Shown one piece after another: positions 1-10,273 of a DNA stretch of 64,000 nucleotides. Each line of letters starts with the position of its first letter. The stretch's first letter is position 1. A program made the position numbers and the translations under genes. Origin of the DNA: Nitrospirota bacterium (GTDB lineage Bacteria > Nitrospirota > JACRHJ01); assembly GCA_963733375.1 (NCBI GenBank), contig CAVTDB010000008.1:32001-96000 (forward strand), given 5' to 3'. Below the pieces are notes generated by a model. That model saw nothing but the letters and a program-made list of their open reading frames with translations. It was not told the origin of the DNA and did no database searches.

Positions 1-453
1 CTGATATACGCATTCATGAACCTTGGCGCGTTCGGCATGGTCGTGGCCCTCTCAAGGGGCGGGATGACCGGCGAACGCATCGAGGACTTCGCGGGCCTGG
101 CCAAAAAGAACCGCATGGCGGCGCTTTTGATGCTGATATTCATGTTCTCGCTGGCGGGCATCCCGCCGACCGCCGGGTTCATCGGCAAGTTCAATATCTT
201 CATGGCCGCCCTGAACTCCGGGTTCCTGTGGCTCGCGCTGATAATGGTGGCGATGAGCACGGTCTCGGCGTTCTTTTACCTGCGTGTCGTTATGGTGATG
301 TACATGAAGGAGCCTGAGGACGAGCGCAAGGTATCCCCGAACCTCTCCATGTACACGGCGATGGCCGTCGCCGCGTACGCCGTCCTGTATATCGGGATGA
401 ACCCTTACGGGGTCTTGAACTTCGCAGTCAAATCCGTGTCCGGGCTGATGTAG
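1..453 (+). CDS. nuoN: NADH-quinone oxidoreductase subunit N, 3' part (truncated by window start)
   Basis: Hydrophobic protein with FSLAGIPPTAGFIGKF and S.FFYLRVV motifs typical of the NuoN C-terminus. Confidence 0.9.
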   Translation: MIYAFMNLGAFGMVVALSRGGMTGERIEDFAGLAKKNRMAALLMLIFMFSLAGIPPTAGFIGKFNIFMAALNSGFLWLALIMVAMSTVSAFFYLRVVMVMYMKEPEDERKVSPNLSMYTAMAVAAYAVLYIGMNPYGVLNFAVKSVSGLM

Positions 454-554
454 GAAAACACGCCGCTCATTCCCCAGCCTTCTTTGTTCATAACCAATTT
501 AAACTAACGGTAAAAGGCATTAAAATCAAAGGGAATTCAGACTTTCCCCAAAAC

Positions 555-584
555 TTGACATAAGGGTCTCTACAGCGTTATAAT
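555..584 (+). promoter_or_regulatory. sigma70-type promoter
   Basis: TTGACA (555-560), 18-bp spacer, TATAAT (579-584); no credible ORF follows. Confidence 0.8.
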
Positions 585-625
585 TTAATTAGAGCAGATG
601 ATAGCTCGATTGATCTTTGATAAAA

Positions 626-819
626 ATTCTCTGCGGTGCAGGAATGGCGGCTTCTGCTTTTCTCTTGCAGGTTCATAAGAATGGGGGCCTCTGCACGGGG
701 TTGATTCGCCCGTCTCTTGCCTCCTTTCGGGGCGGGTGAAGAGCTACTGGCGGGGTCCCCATAATCAATGAATAATGCATCAGAAAAGGCTATTAGCCTA
801 AGCCTTTATCGCAGGGAAT
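626..819 (+). ncRNA. 6S-like rod-shaped RNA (194 nt)
   Basis: 12-bp closing helix 626-637/808-819 with nested helices 681-691/752-762 and 705-716/729-740; G-U pairs work only on the + strand; size and shape fit 6S RNA but the family was not verified. Confidence 0.55.
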
Positions 820-825
820 AAATAA

Positions 826-894
826 TTGGGGATAGGATCAGAGAAGGTCTATAAGGGAGGTGAATAAAGCCCTTCAAAAACATTCTATCCTCAA
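826..894 (+). ncRNA. hairpin domain carrying an SD-like AAGGGAGGTGA
   Basis: 13-bp helix TTGGGGATAGGAT (826-838)/ATTCTATCCTCAA (882-894) with G-U pairs on the + strand. Confidence 0.45.
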
Positions 895-902
895 GGATTA
901 AT

Positions 903-1062
903 AAAAAAGATACCGCGCTGGTTCACGCTAGTGAACGTTAAGTTACTCATCCGTAGGGCGCGTAACACCGCCTCAAAGCGTGGCAGGCCGAGCCTTTTAA
1001 GGCCTCAAAAATGACCTGTTGCTGACGGATTGGGAAAAAAGAACGTAGCGCGGTATTTTTTT
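903..1062 (+). ncRNA. structured RNA domain of unknown family ending in a U tract
   Basis: Closing helix AAAAAGATACCGCGCT/AGCGCGGTATTTTTTT; inner pairings ATCCGT/ACGGAT and GTGGCAGG/CCTGTTGC. Confidence 0.45.
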
Positions 1063-1110
1063 GTGTCGGCGCAGGCGGGGCAGAGAGGGGAGGTAGGGCG
1101 TTTGATTCTG

Positions 1111-1500
1111 TTATTTTTCGAGTAGTTCCCGGAGCCATGCGGGCGGCCTGACAGGTTTTCCCTGCCTGTCGACGAATGCATGTTGCGTCATCCCTTGGGC
1201 AAGCTTTTCGTTATCCCGCAGTATCTCGTATTCAAATCCCAGCCGAACTCCCTTGCATTCTGAAACCGCGGTCCTGATTGTGAGCAGGTCGTCATATCGC
1301 GCCGATTTCAGGTACTTGCATGACGCCTCGATCACCGGGAGGTAATATCCCTCGTCTTCCAGTTCTCTGTATGGCCTGCCGAGGGAGCGTATCAGCTCCG
1401 TCCTGCCGATTTCAAAATAAGTCAGGTAGTTGCCGTAATAGACAAAACCCATCTTGTCCGTCTCGGCGTAGGTTACACGGTGCGGGAAATCGAAGCTCAT
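1111..1500 (-). CDS. acyl-CoA thioesterase, YbgC/FadM hotdog family
   Basis: RVTYAETDKMGFVYYGNYLTYFEIGR motif; start taken at MSFDF. Confidence 0.88.
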   Translation of the reverse strand: MSFDFPHRVTYAETDKMGFVYYGNYLTYFEIGRTELIRSLGRPYRELEDEGYYLPVIEASCKYLKSARYDDLLTIRTAVSECKGVRLGFEYEILRDNEKLAQGMTQHAFVDRQGKPVRPPAWLRELLEK

Positions 1501-1612
1501 CCTACGCCCCTCCCCTGAACAGATTCCATCAGCCTGCGTACCTGGGCAAGCTTTACTACACGGCATCTTATAGTGCGTTGTCGGAAGGGGTATTGGCCAG
1601 CAGGACGCGCAT

Positions 1613-2502
1613 TTACTTGTAGCCCATTTCCCTTAAAGCGCCCGGCTTCTCGCGCCAGTCCTTCTTCACTTTTACCCAGAGTTCCAGGTATATCTCGGAG
1701 CCGAGCAGCCGCTCGATATCCTTCCTCGCCGCCTGGCCTATTTTTTTAAGCATCTGTCCGTTCGCGCCGATTATGATTCCCTTGTGCGAGTCCTTTTCGA
1801 CATATATATCCGCGCGTGTATATATTTTATCGCCATGCTCCTTCATCTCTTCCACGAGGACCGCCGTCGAATACGGCACCTCGTCCTTTGTCATCCGGAA
1901 TATCTTCTCCCGGATAATCTCGGCGGCGATAAACCTCTCCGGCTGCTCCGTCATCTCGTCTTCAGGATAATATTGCGGCCCTTCAGGGAGATAATCGATT
2001 ATGGTCTTCCTAAGGTCGGGCAGGTTTTTTCCTTTAAGCGACGAGACGGGGATTATTTCCGCAAAATCATATATGGAAGAATATTTATTTATGAGCGGAA
2101 GGAGCGCGTCCTTCTGCACCAGGTCTATCTTGTTTATCACGAGGAAGACCTTCGTCCTCAGGCCCTTCAGGAATTCGATTATCTCTTTCTCGGCCTCGCC
2201 CGGATTTTTATCCGCCTCCGCCATGAACAGCACGATATCGACTTCCGAGCACGCCTCTTTCGCCACCTTCACCATATACTCGTTCAGGCGGCCTTTCGGC
2301 TTGTGCAGGCCCGGCGTGTCCAGGAATATCACCTGCGCCTCTCGGGCAGGGTGAGGATGCCTGTCACGCGGTTCCGGGTGGTCTGGGGTTTATCGGATAC
2401 GATGGAAATCTTCTCCCCGACCAGCGCGTTTAAAAGGGTGGATTTCCCTACGTTCGGTCTCCCGATAATCGACACGAACCCGGAGTAAAATGCTTTTTTC
2501 AT
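1613..2502 (-). CDS. era: GTPase Era (one frameshift near 2345, probable sequence error)
   Basis: [23 protein letters not shown] and KH-domain SHKGIIIG motifs across two frames. Confidence 0.93.
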
Positions 2503-2515
2503 TTCCATCTGTTTT

Positions 2516-3116
2516 TTATTTCCATCTCTTGTATAAATTATTGTCTATTCCCAGCAGGTCCAGCGCCCGCCCGGCCAACTGGTCTATTATATCCTGAATC
2601 GTCTTTGGTTTGTTGTAAAATCCGGGCATGGCGGGGAGGATATGGACGCCCAGGCGGGCAAGTTTCAGCATGTTCTCCAGGTGTATCGCGGAAAGCGGCG
2701 TCTCGCGCGCCATTAACACCAGCGGGCGGCGCTCCTTCAGCATCACGTCCGCCGCGCGTTCGATCAAGTTATTCGCGTATCCGTTTGCGACTCCGGCAAG
2801 GGTCTTCATGGAGCACGGCGCGATTACCATCCCGGCCGTCCCGAAGGAGCCGCTCGCAATCGGCGCATACATGTCGTCTTCGGGATAGAAGCTGAGCAAA
2901 TCTCCCTTGAGCTTCAAGGCGTCCGCGATTATCTTCGCGGCGGCGTTTCCGCTCTCTGCCGGAGATATCCACGCCCGTCTCGTCTTTCATTATAGAGACG
3001 CCTTCGCGGCTGGCGGTGATTATCACTTCATGCCCCGCATCCGCAAGCCCGCGAATCACCGCAAGCCCGTACGCGCTCCCGGAAGCCCCGCTGACGGCAA
3101 CGATATATTTAGACAT
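2516..3116 (-). CDS. ubiX: flavin prenyltransferase UbiX (frameshifted)
   Basis: [13 protein letters not shown]-terminus; [26 protein letters not shown] and RETP motifs. Confidence 0.92.
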
Positions 3117-3125
3117 AAGATGGCA

Positions 3126-3164
3126 CCCTCACCCCCGACCCCTTCCCGTAAAGGGCGAGGGAGA
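3126..3164. repeat. short intergenic palindromic element (CCCTCACCC...GGGCGAGGG type)
   Basis: CCCTCACCCCCGACCCCTTCCCGTAAAGGGCGAGGGAGA between ubiA and ubiX; single copy in the window. Confidence 0.4.
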
Positions 3165-3171
3165 AAAAAAG

Positions 3172-4026
3172 TCACTTTATAAATACCGCGCCCGCCGTGA
3201 AGATGAATATCGTGACGCTGATGTAGCCGTTCATGTTGAAGAACGCCGCGTCCAGCTTCCTTAAATCCCCGCCACGGATAAGCATATGCTCATACACCAG
3301 CATACAAGACGCCGCGAACACTCCTATGAGATAAACGAAATTGAGCCCCAGAAGCCTGTATATCGCGAGAAGCCCGGCTATCGCCAGCGCGTGCAGGAGG
3401 CGCGAAACCCATAAGGACTTATTTATCCCAAGATAACGCGGGATGGAGTGCAGGCCCTCGTTTCTGTCAAACTCCAAATCCTGCAGGGCGTACAGGATGT
3501 CGAACCCGGCGACCCACGCAAGGACCGACAGCGCGAGGATAACGACCGGTAAATCAATCGTCCCCCGGATTGCGGCCCACGCGCCGACCGGGGCCAGGCC
3601 AAGCGCCAGGCCCAGGAAGAGGTGCGATGCCCAGGTGAAGCGTTTCGTGACGGAATAAAAAGTCAGGACGGCTATGACCACCGGCGAGAGTTTGAAACAT
3701 AAAGGGTTCAGCATATATGCCGCCAGTACCAGCAGGGCGTATGATGCCAGGCTGAATATCCCGACCTGCGCCTTTGTCAGAAGTCCGGCAGGTATCGCGC
3801 GCGTCTTCGTCCGCGGGTTCCTTGCGTCGATCTCCGCGTCCAGCAGGCGGTTCATCCCCATCGCGCCGGAGCGCGCGCCGACCATCGCGACCATTATCCA
3901 AAGTATCTGCCGCCACGTCGGAAGCCCGTCCGCCGCAAGTACCGCGCCCGTGAACGCGAACGGCAGCGCGAATATCGTGTGCGGGAACTTTATCATCTCC
4001 AGGATTATTTTAATGCGGTTGATCAT
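3172..4026 (-). CDS. ubiA: UbiA-family prenyltransferase (MqnP-like, futalosine menaquinone pathway)
   Basis: IKFPHTIFALPFA, NRLLDAEIDARNPRT and GFDILYALQD motifs. Confidence 0.9.
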   Translation of the reverse strand: MINRIKIILEMIKFPHTIFALPFAFTGAVLAADGLPTWRQILWIMVAMVGARSGAMGMNRLLDAEIDARNPRTKTRAIPAGLLTKAQVGIFSLASYALLVLAAYMLNPLCFKLSPVVIAVLTFYSVTKRFTWASHLFLGLALGLAPVGAWAAIRGTIDLPVVILALSVLAWVAGFDILYALQDLEFDRNEGLHSIPRYLGINKSLWVSRLLHALAIAGLLAIYRLLGLNFVYLIGVFAASCMLVYEHMLIRGGDLRKLDAAFFNMNGYISVTIFIFTAGAVFIK

Positions 4027-4030
4027 TTCT

Positions 4031-4399
4031 TTACTGATGAGGAGTTACATTTGCCAGTTTTTCAAAATGGGAATCGCTCGTTACAACCTTGCAGCCATAT
4101 TCAAAAGCAGTCGCATAAATTATCGCGTCCGCCATTGCCAAAGAATGTCGATACTGAAATCGGCGGCGGTCAGAGCAATTTTTTCGGTAAGGGTCATGAT
4201 TTGAGTATTTTGAATTTGTCCTGCCGCAATCAGTACCTCTTCTTCGTCATAGTTCTGCCTCAGCTTTTTATAAACCTCATAAAGGACATATGGATGGCGT
4301 AATAATCTCAGCCTTATTTTTGAAATATTGTTCAACCTGTGCTCTCATCGGGCTATCGGAGAGATATTCGAGCCAGACGGAAGAATCAAGCAGGATCAA
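4031..4399 (-). CDS. vapC: VapC-like PIN-domain toxin (frameshifted)
   Basis: TTG start overlapping the antitoxin stop; LLDSSVWLEY...EVYKKL...LAMADAIIYATA...VTSDSHF pieced from several frames. Confidence 0.8.
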
Positions 4400-4605
4400 T
4401 AGCGGTCCTCATGCTCACGATAATTCGAAATGTCCATGCCTTTGAACATCCCCATCAGATTCTTGAGAGGCATCTCAGGGACCATGTGTATAACGCCTTT
4501 TTTAAAGATAAAGATAATTTTCTGCCCGCTTTTTATTCCCGCCTGTTCTCTTATCTCTTTTGGAATAACTATTTGATATTTTGGGGAAACTATGGCCGTG
4601 CTCAT
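4396..4605 (-). CDS. AbrB/MazE-fold antitoxin
   Basis: VSPKYQIVIPKEIREQAGI motif; GGAGG SD; directly upstream of the PIN gene. Confidence 0.85.
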   Translation of the reverse strand: MSTAIVSPKYQIVIPKEIREQAGIKSGQKIIFIFKKGVIHMVPEMPLKNLMGMFKGMDISNYREHEDRY

Positions 4606-4686
4606 TCCGGGGCCTCCTAATTATCATACATTTATACTATCGATAGGTATATCGTAATACCAATGAGCTAAAAAGTCAACAGGCTG

Positions 4687-6158
4687 TTACAGCCCCAACT
4701 GCCCCCACTTCTCATCTACCCGCTTTATCACTTCCGGGTCCATCTTTATCTCGTCGGGCCATTCGCGGGTGAAGCCTTCGCCGGGCCATTTCTTCGTGGC
4801 GTCGATGCCCATTTTTGAGCCGTAGCCGAGGATCGGGGCAGGCGTGGTCCAGCACGTCCATCGGGCCGTCCACTAATACCGTGTCGCGCCTCGGGTCCAC
4901 GTGGTTCATCACTTTCCACGCGACCTCGGAGTAGTCGTGCACGTTTACGTCCTCGTCCACCACGATTATGAATTTCGACAGCATCATCATCCCCGTGCCC
5001 CAGATGTTATGCATCACCTTGCGCGCGTGGCCGGGGAAGGTTTTTTTAATTTTCACTATTACGTTATTGTGAAATACTCCTTCGACGGGGAGGTCTATGT
5101 CCAGTATGTCCGGGGCGATCATCTGGAGAAGCGGCAGGAAGATGCGCTCGGTCGCCTTGCCGATGTACGCGTCCTCCTGCGGCGGACGGCCCACGACCGT
5201 CGCGGGATAGATGCAGTCCTTCCTGTGCGTGACGCAGGTGACGTGGAAGACGGGATATAAATCCGCGAGCGAGTAATATCCGGTGTGGTCTCCGAACGGG
5301 CCTTCGACCCTGCGCTCGCCCGGCTCGACATATCCTTCCAGGACTATCTCCGCATGCGCCGGGACGCGGATATCCACCGTCTTGCACTGCACGACTTCCA
5401 GCGCCTCCTTCCGGAGGAAACCGGCGAACATATACTCGCCCACTATCGGCGGCAGGGGGGCGGTGGACGCATAAATCGTGGCCGGGTCCGCGCCGATGGC
5501 GACCGCGACCTCCATCCGCTTGCCCGCGCCCTCGTAATGCGCATAATGGCGCGCGCCGTCTTTGTGCTTGTGCCAGTGCATGCCCGTGGTGTTTTTGTCG
5601 AAGACCTGGACGCGGTACATGCCGAGGTTCGTGATCCCGGTCACCGGGTCCACCGTCGCCACCATCGGAAGCGTGACGAACGGGCCGCCGTCGCCGGGCC
5701 AGCAGGTAAGGACCGGGAACTTAGTTAAATCAACCTCGTCGCCCGTGAGCACGACTTCCTGGCACGGGGCCTTTTTCACGGTCTTCGGGAAATATGAAGA
5801 AATCTCGTTTAATTTCGGCAGGACGGAGAGCTTTTCCATGAACCCCGCGCCGGGGCCGGGGAATAGCTGGGTCGGGTCCGCCACGGCCTTTACGCGCACG
5901 CCTATCTCATCCAAGTTAGTAACCCCGAGCCCTAACGCCATGCGCTCCATGGAGCCAAGCGCGTTGGTCAGGACGGGGATCATTCGTCCCCTTTACGTTC
6001 TCGAAGAGCAGGGCGGTGTTTTTAGCCCCTTTTTCCTTGGAAACACGGTCGGTTATCTCCGTTATCTCAAGGTACGGGTCAACTTCCGCCTTAATCCGCC
6101 GGAGCAGGCCGCGGGATTCCAGGGCCGTGATAAACTCGCGCAGGTCTTTATATGCCAA
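4687..6158 (-). CDS. ubiD: UbiD-family decarboxylase (menaquinone biosynthesis type; frameshifted)
   Basis: YKDLREFI...[17 protein letters not shown] and [11 protein letters not shown] motifs. Confidence 0.92.
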
Positions 6159-6279
6159 AAAAGCCTCCAATTATTGGTCAAGAGGAGGAATTTCCTCCGG
6201 ATGCTCACTTAAAGCGCCTATCTCGCGCGAATATAAAGGAAAATACGAGGAAAGTCAAGAAAGTACCGCCCGAAACTCC

Positions 6280-6308
6280 TTGACACGAACCGGTGCTGAT
6301 AATATAAT
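6280..6308 (+). promoter_or_regulatory. consensus sigma70 promoter of the ketosynthase operon
   Basis: TTGACA (6280-6285), 17 bp, TATAAT (6303-6308). Confidence 0.8.
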
Positions 6309-6357
6309 CAAACCCTCCTGAAACCGGTTTTTTTCGCCTTTAATAATGAGCAGGTGC

Positions 6358-7576
6358 ATGGGCAGGGAAAGAAGAGCGGCCGTAGTCGGGCTGGGTGTGG
6401 TAAGCGCACTCGGAATGACGGTAATAGAGTTCTGGGATGGGCTTACCTCCGGGCGCTGCGGAATAGGGCCGGTCGACCTGTTCGACACCTCCTCGTACCG
6501 CACCAGCATCGGCGCGCAGGTCAAGGGCCTGGACCCGTCTATGCCATTTCACTCAAAGAGAGCTTAAAAGGATGTCCCGCTGCGACCAGCTTGGGCTGAT
6601 TGCCGCCAGGGAGGCGGTAAAGGACAGCGGCCTGGACCTTGGGACTATCGCCCCGGAGCGTGTCGGCGTGTGCCTTGGCGGCGGCGCGGGGGGGATGCTC
6701 TCCGGCGAAAAATACCGGCGCGACCTCTACCTTAAATTACGCAAGCCCCGTCCGACCCAGCTCATACCGTTCTCGCCCAGCGTCACCACGGACTACATCG
6801 CGCAGGAATTCGACTGTGAAGGCCCGCGGGCGACGGTCGTCACCGCATGCTCGTCCTCGTCCACTTCGGTTGGATACGCCGCGGACTGGATAAAAAACGG
6901 AGACGCGGACATAGTCATCACGGGCGGCAGCGACGCGATGTGCGAGCTTACTTATGCCGGGTTTAATTCGCTCCGGGCGGTGGACGACAGGCCCTGCCGG
7001 CCCTTCGACGCCGGGAGAAAAGGCCTATCGCTCGGCGAAGGCGCGGGGATACTGGTGCTGGAAGAGATGGGACGGGCGAAGGCGCGCGGGGCCAGGATTT
7101 ATGCCGAGATAGCCGGGTATGGTATAGCGGCAGACGCATATCATATGACCGCGCCCATTGCTTCCGGCGACGGCGCGGCGAGGACGATACTCGCGGCTCT
7201 TGCGGACGCGGGGATTGATACGGACGCCGTCGATTATATCAACGCGCACGGGACCGCGACTAGGTTCAACGATGCGGCGGAGGCGGCGGCGATAAAGAAG
7301 GTGTTCGGCGAGCGTGGGCGCAGCATTCCGGTAAGCTCGATTAAGTCCATGATAGGGCATTGCCTCGGTTCCGCGGGAGGGCTTGAGGCGGTTTCGACGG
7401 TACTCACGGTCTTTTCCGGGATAATACCGCCGACTATAAATTTTGAAAACCATGACCCGCAGTGCGACCTGGACTGCGTGCCCAACGATGCGCGCAAAAT
7501 GGACGTGCGGGCGGCGATATCGAACTCGCTGGCCTTCGGCGGGAACAATACGACAATCGTGGTCAGGAAAGCGTGA
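6358..7576 (+). CDS. beta-ketoacyl-ACP synthase, FabF-like, catalytically intact (frameshift near 6560)
   Basis: TACSS, NAHGTAT, KSMIGHCLG and SNSLAFGG; N-terminus (VVGLGVVSALG) lies in the preceding frame. Confidence 0.92.
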
Positions 7577-7615
7577 ATAGGGCCGGGGGCGTTATGAATA
7601 TCTGGCTGGACGTAC

Positions 7616-8842
7616 ATGAATAGAGTCGTAATAACCGGCATAGGCACCGTAAACGCGCTGGGGCTGGACGTCCCTTCTTTTTGGGAAGGCATAAAATCCG
7701 GGCGCTGCGCCATCGGGCGGATTTCAGGCTTCGATACGGCGCCGTTTGGCTCAAAGCTCGGCGCGGAGGTGAAGGGGTTCGAGCCGTCCAGGTTCGTAAA
7801 CCCCATGAAGCTCAGGCGCATGGACAAGCTCTCCCAGATGGCCCTTGTCTCATCCATCGAGGCGATGAAGGATGCGGGCCTGACTGCGGGTATCCTGCCG
7901 CCTGAGCGTATAGGCGTCGTAATCGGGAACGGGTACGGCGGCACTTCCTGCACGGAAGAATTCTTCGAGGGCCTGCTCATGCGCGGGCCGTCCGGGGTGA
8001 ACCCCATGCTCTTTCCCACTACCGTGCCGAATTCCGCGGCGAGCCTGACGTCGATAGAACTGAACCTGAAAGGCCCGAACTGCACGTTCTGCCAGAAAGA
8101 CATATCCGCCGAGGAAGCGGTGATATACGCGGCGGGGCTTATCCGTAAAGGCGCGGCCGATGCCGTAATCGCGGGCGGCGGCGAGGAATTGAACGACGTG
8201 ATATATCATGCGTTCGATTCGCTCGGGATACTCTCGCCCGGCAGAAAAGGCGGCGAAGAGGGCTGTTTTCCGTTCGGACGTATGAGGAACGGGAGGGTCC
8301 TTGGCGAGGGCGCAGGCGTGCTGGTGCTGGAGTCGCTGGAATCCGCAAGCAGACGCGGGGCAAGAATTTATGCGGAGGTCGCGGGCGAGGCGATATTCGG
8401 CGGACGGCCAGGCATAGCGTCCTACGGGAAAGACTTCGCCCCCGCGACAAAAGCCATGGGCGCGGCGTTATCTAAAGCGGGCATGTCGGATACCGAGGTC
8501 GATTATATATCTTCTTCCGCGAACTCCACGCCTGAGCTGGACGAACTGGAAGTGAACGCGATAAAGAATTTTTTCGGACAGTCCGCCGTACGCATCCCTA
8601 TAAGCGCGATAAAGCCCATGACCGGCGATTTCGAAGGCATGGGAGGCGTCCGCCTTGTCGCCTCCGTACTGGCGATGGAGAACTCGTTTATCCCGCCGAC
8701 TCTGAACCAGACGGAACCGGAGGAGTGGTTTAACCTGGACTGCGTCCCCGGTAAGGGCAGGGAGAAAGACCTGAAGAACGTGATGCACCTGGCAATCGGC
8801 AACGGCGGCGCGTGCGCATGCATAATACTTAAAAAAGCATGA
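7616..8842 (+). CDS. ketosynthase-like protein lacking the catalytic triad (chain-length-factor-like)
   Basis: Full-length KS-like sequence with QKDIS for TACSS, SSANST for AHGTAT and KPMTGD for KSMIGH. Confidence 0.85.
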   Translation: MNRVVITGIGTVNALGLDVPSFWEGIKSGRCAIGRISGFDTAPFGSKLGAEVKGFEPSRFVNPMKLRRMDKLSQMALVSSIEAMKDAGLTAGILPPERIGVVIGNGYGGTSCTEEFFEGLLMRGPSGVNPMLFPTTVPNSAASLTSIELNLKGPNCTFCQKDISAEEAVIYAAGLIRKGAADAVIAGGGEELNDVIYHAFDSLGILSPGRKGGEEGCFPFGRMRNGRVLGEGAGVLVLESLESASRRGARIYAEVAGEAIFGGRPGIASYGKDFAPATKAMGAALSKAGMSDTEVDYISSSANSTPELDELEVNAIKNFFGQSAVRIPISAIKPMTGDFEGMGGVRLVASVLAMENSFIPPTLNQTEPEEWFNLDCVPGKGREKDLKNVMHLAIGNGGACACIILKKA

Positions 8843-10273
8843 AACCTTTTTATGACATAGCCGTAATCGGCGCGGGTATAGGCGGCCTCACGGCCGGCGC
8901 GTTACTTGCGAAGAAGGGTTATTCCGTCGCGGTATTCGAGGCCGGCGACGTACCGGGCGGCTATTGCACCACATTCAGACGGCGCGGCTTTACGTTCGAC
9001 TCCTGCCTGGACGCAGTAAGCGGGTGGGGAGAGGACGGCTGGCTCCGTAAGATATTTCACAAGCTGGGTATTGAAAACCGTGTGGAACTGCTGCGGCTCG
9101 ACCCTCTGCGGGTGGATAATTTCGCCGGAGATATAGTGAACGTGCCGGGGACTATCCCGGAGCTGATAAACCTCCTTTACGGCATAGCGCCAAAAGAAAA
9201 AGAAGGCATATTAAGCCTGCTGGATGCAATGGAGGAAATCTACCGGACCGCGATGGCGACGCCGCCTGAAATGCTTTACACCTGCTCTACGATAAAAGGC
9301 GCGGCCGGGAAATACAGGGGAAGGTCATATAAAGAGCTTCTCGATGAATTTATAAAAGACCCGAAGGCGAGAGCGGTGATGTGCGACAGATGCGCTTTTC
9401 TGGGCCTTCCGCCGTCGAAGGTATCCGCAATCGCCATGACCATAATGTTCATGACATATGCCGTGGGCGGCGGCTACAGGATAAAAGGCGGAGCAGGCAA
9501 CCTGACGGCCGCGCTCGCGGGGGCGCTTCGGGAAAATGGCGGAGAGCTGCACGTGAAGGCGCCGGTTTCCAAAATCCTGACGGACGGCGGGAGGGCATGC
9601 GGCGTGGCGGTTCCGGGATGCGAAGTCCGGGCGAATGCGGTAATATCGGCGGCGGACGCGGCTGAGGCTTGCAGGATGGCCGGTATCGATATCGAAACGA
9701 GAACACCGTCGATAAGTTTCTTTATGGTTTATCTGGGCCTGAAGGATGCGCCGCCTGTCCCTGACAGCATGGGGTATTATCCCGGATATGATATAGAGGC
9801 CACTTTTGGCGACGTGGCGCATGATATAGCCTCGCCGAACGCCTCGCTTGAAATAATAAATTACTCCGGCCTGAGCCCGGAAATGGCGCCGGAGGGCCAT
9901 GCGTCCGTAATGCTGATGTCGAAGGCGAAGTATGTATATTCGATGCCGTGGAAGAAGTGCAAATACCGTGAGTCGGAGAAGCTGATTGCGCTTGCGGAGC
10001 GGGCGGTCCCAGGGCTTAAGGGATTCGATAATATTTAAGGAACCGGCGACGCCGCCGACACTGGAAAGATATACCGGCAACTCGCTCGGCGCGGCGTTTG
10101 GCTGGGAACAGGACGTGCGCAATGCAAGGACTTCTTCCCGCCCGCGCCTGCCGGGGCTGTATTTCGCCGGGCACTGGACATATCCGGGAGGCGGCATAGA
10201 ATCGGTCGCGGCCTCCGGCCTCGCGGCGGCGGAGGGCGCGGCGGCCTGGATAAATAAAGAGGCGTTCAATTGA
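8839..10273 (+). CDS. phytoene desaturase-like FAD oxidoreductase (frameshift near 10030)
   Basis: GAGIGG, GGYCTTFRRRGFTFD, TPPTLERYTGN and LYFAGHWTYPGGG. Confidence 0.85.

Noticed and set aside
960-1000. TAACACCGCC resembling a twister ribozyme start, and GTAGGGCG resembling a REP end
   Set aside because: The remaining twister elements and a clean REP palindrome are absent
947-1138. 63-aa minus-strand ORF over the structured region
   Set aside because: No RBS or recognisable motif; overlaps the thioesterase end; G-U pairing favours a + strand RNA
6247-6260. GAGGAAAGTC, like the RNase P RNA 5' motif
   Set aside because: The following conserved sequence and the space for the RNA are missing; it lies in a divergent promoter region
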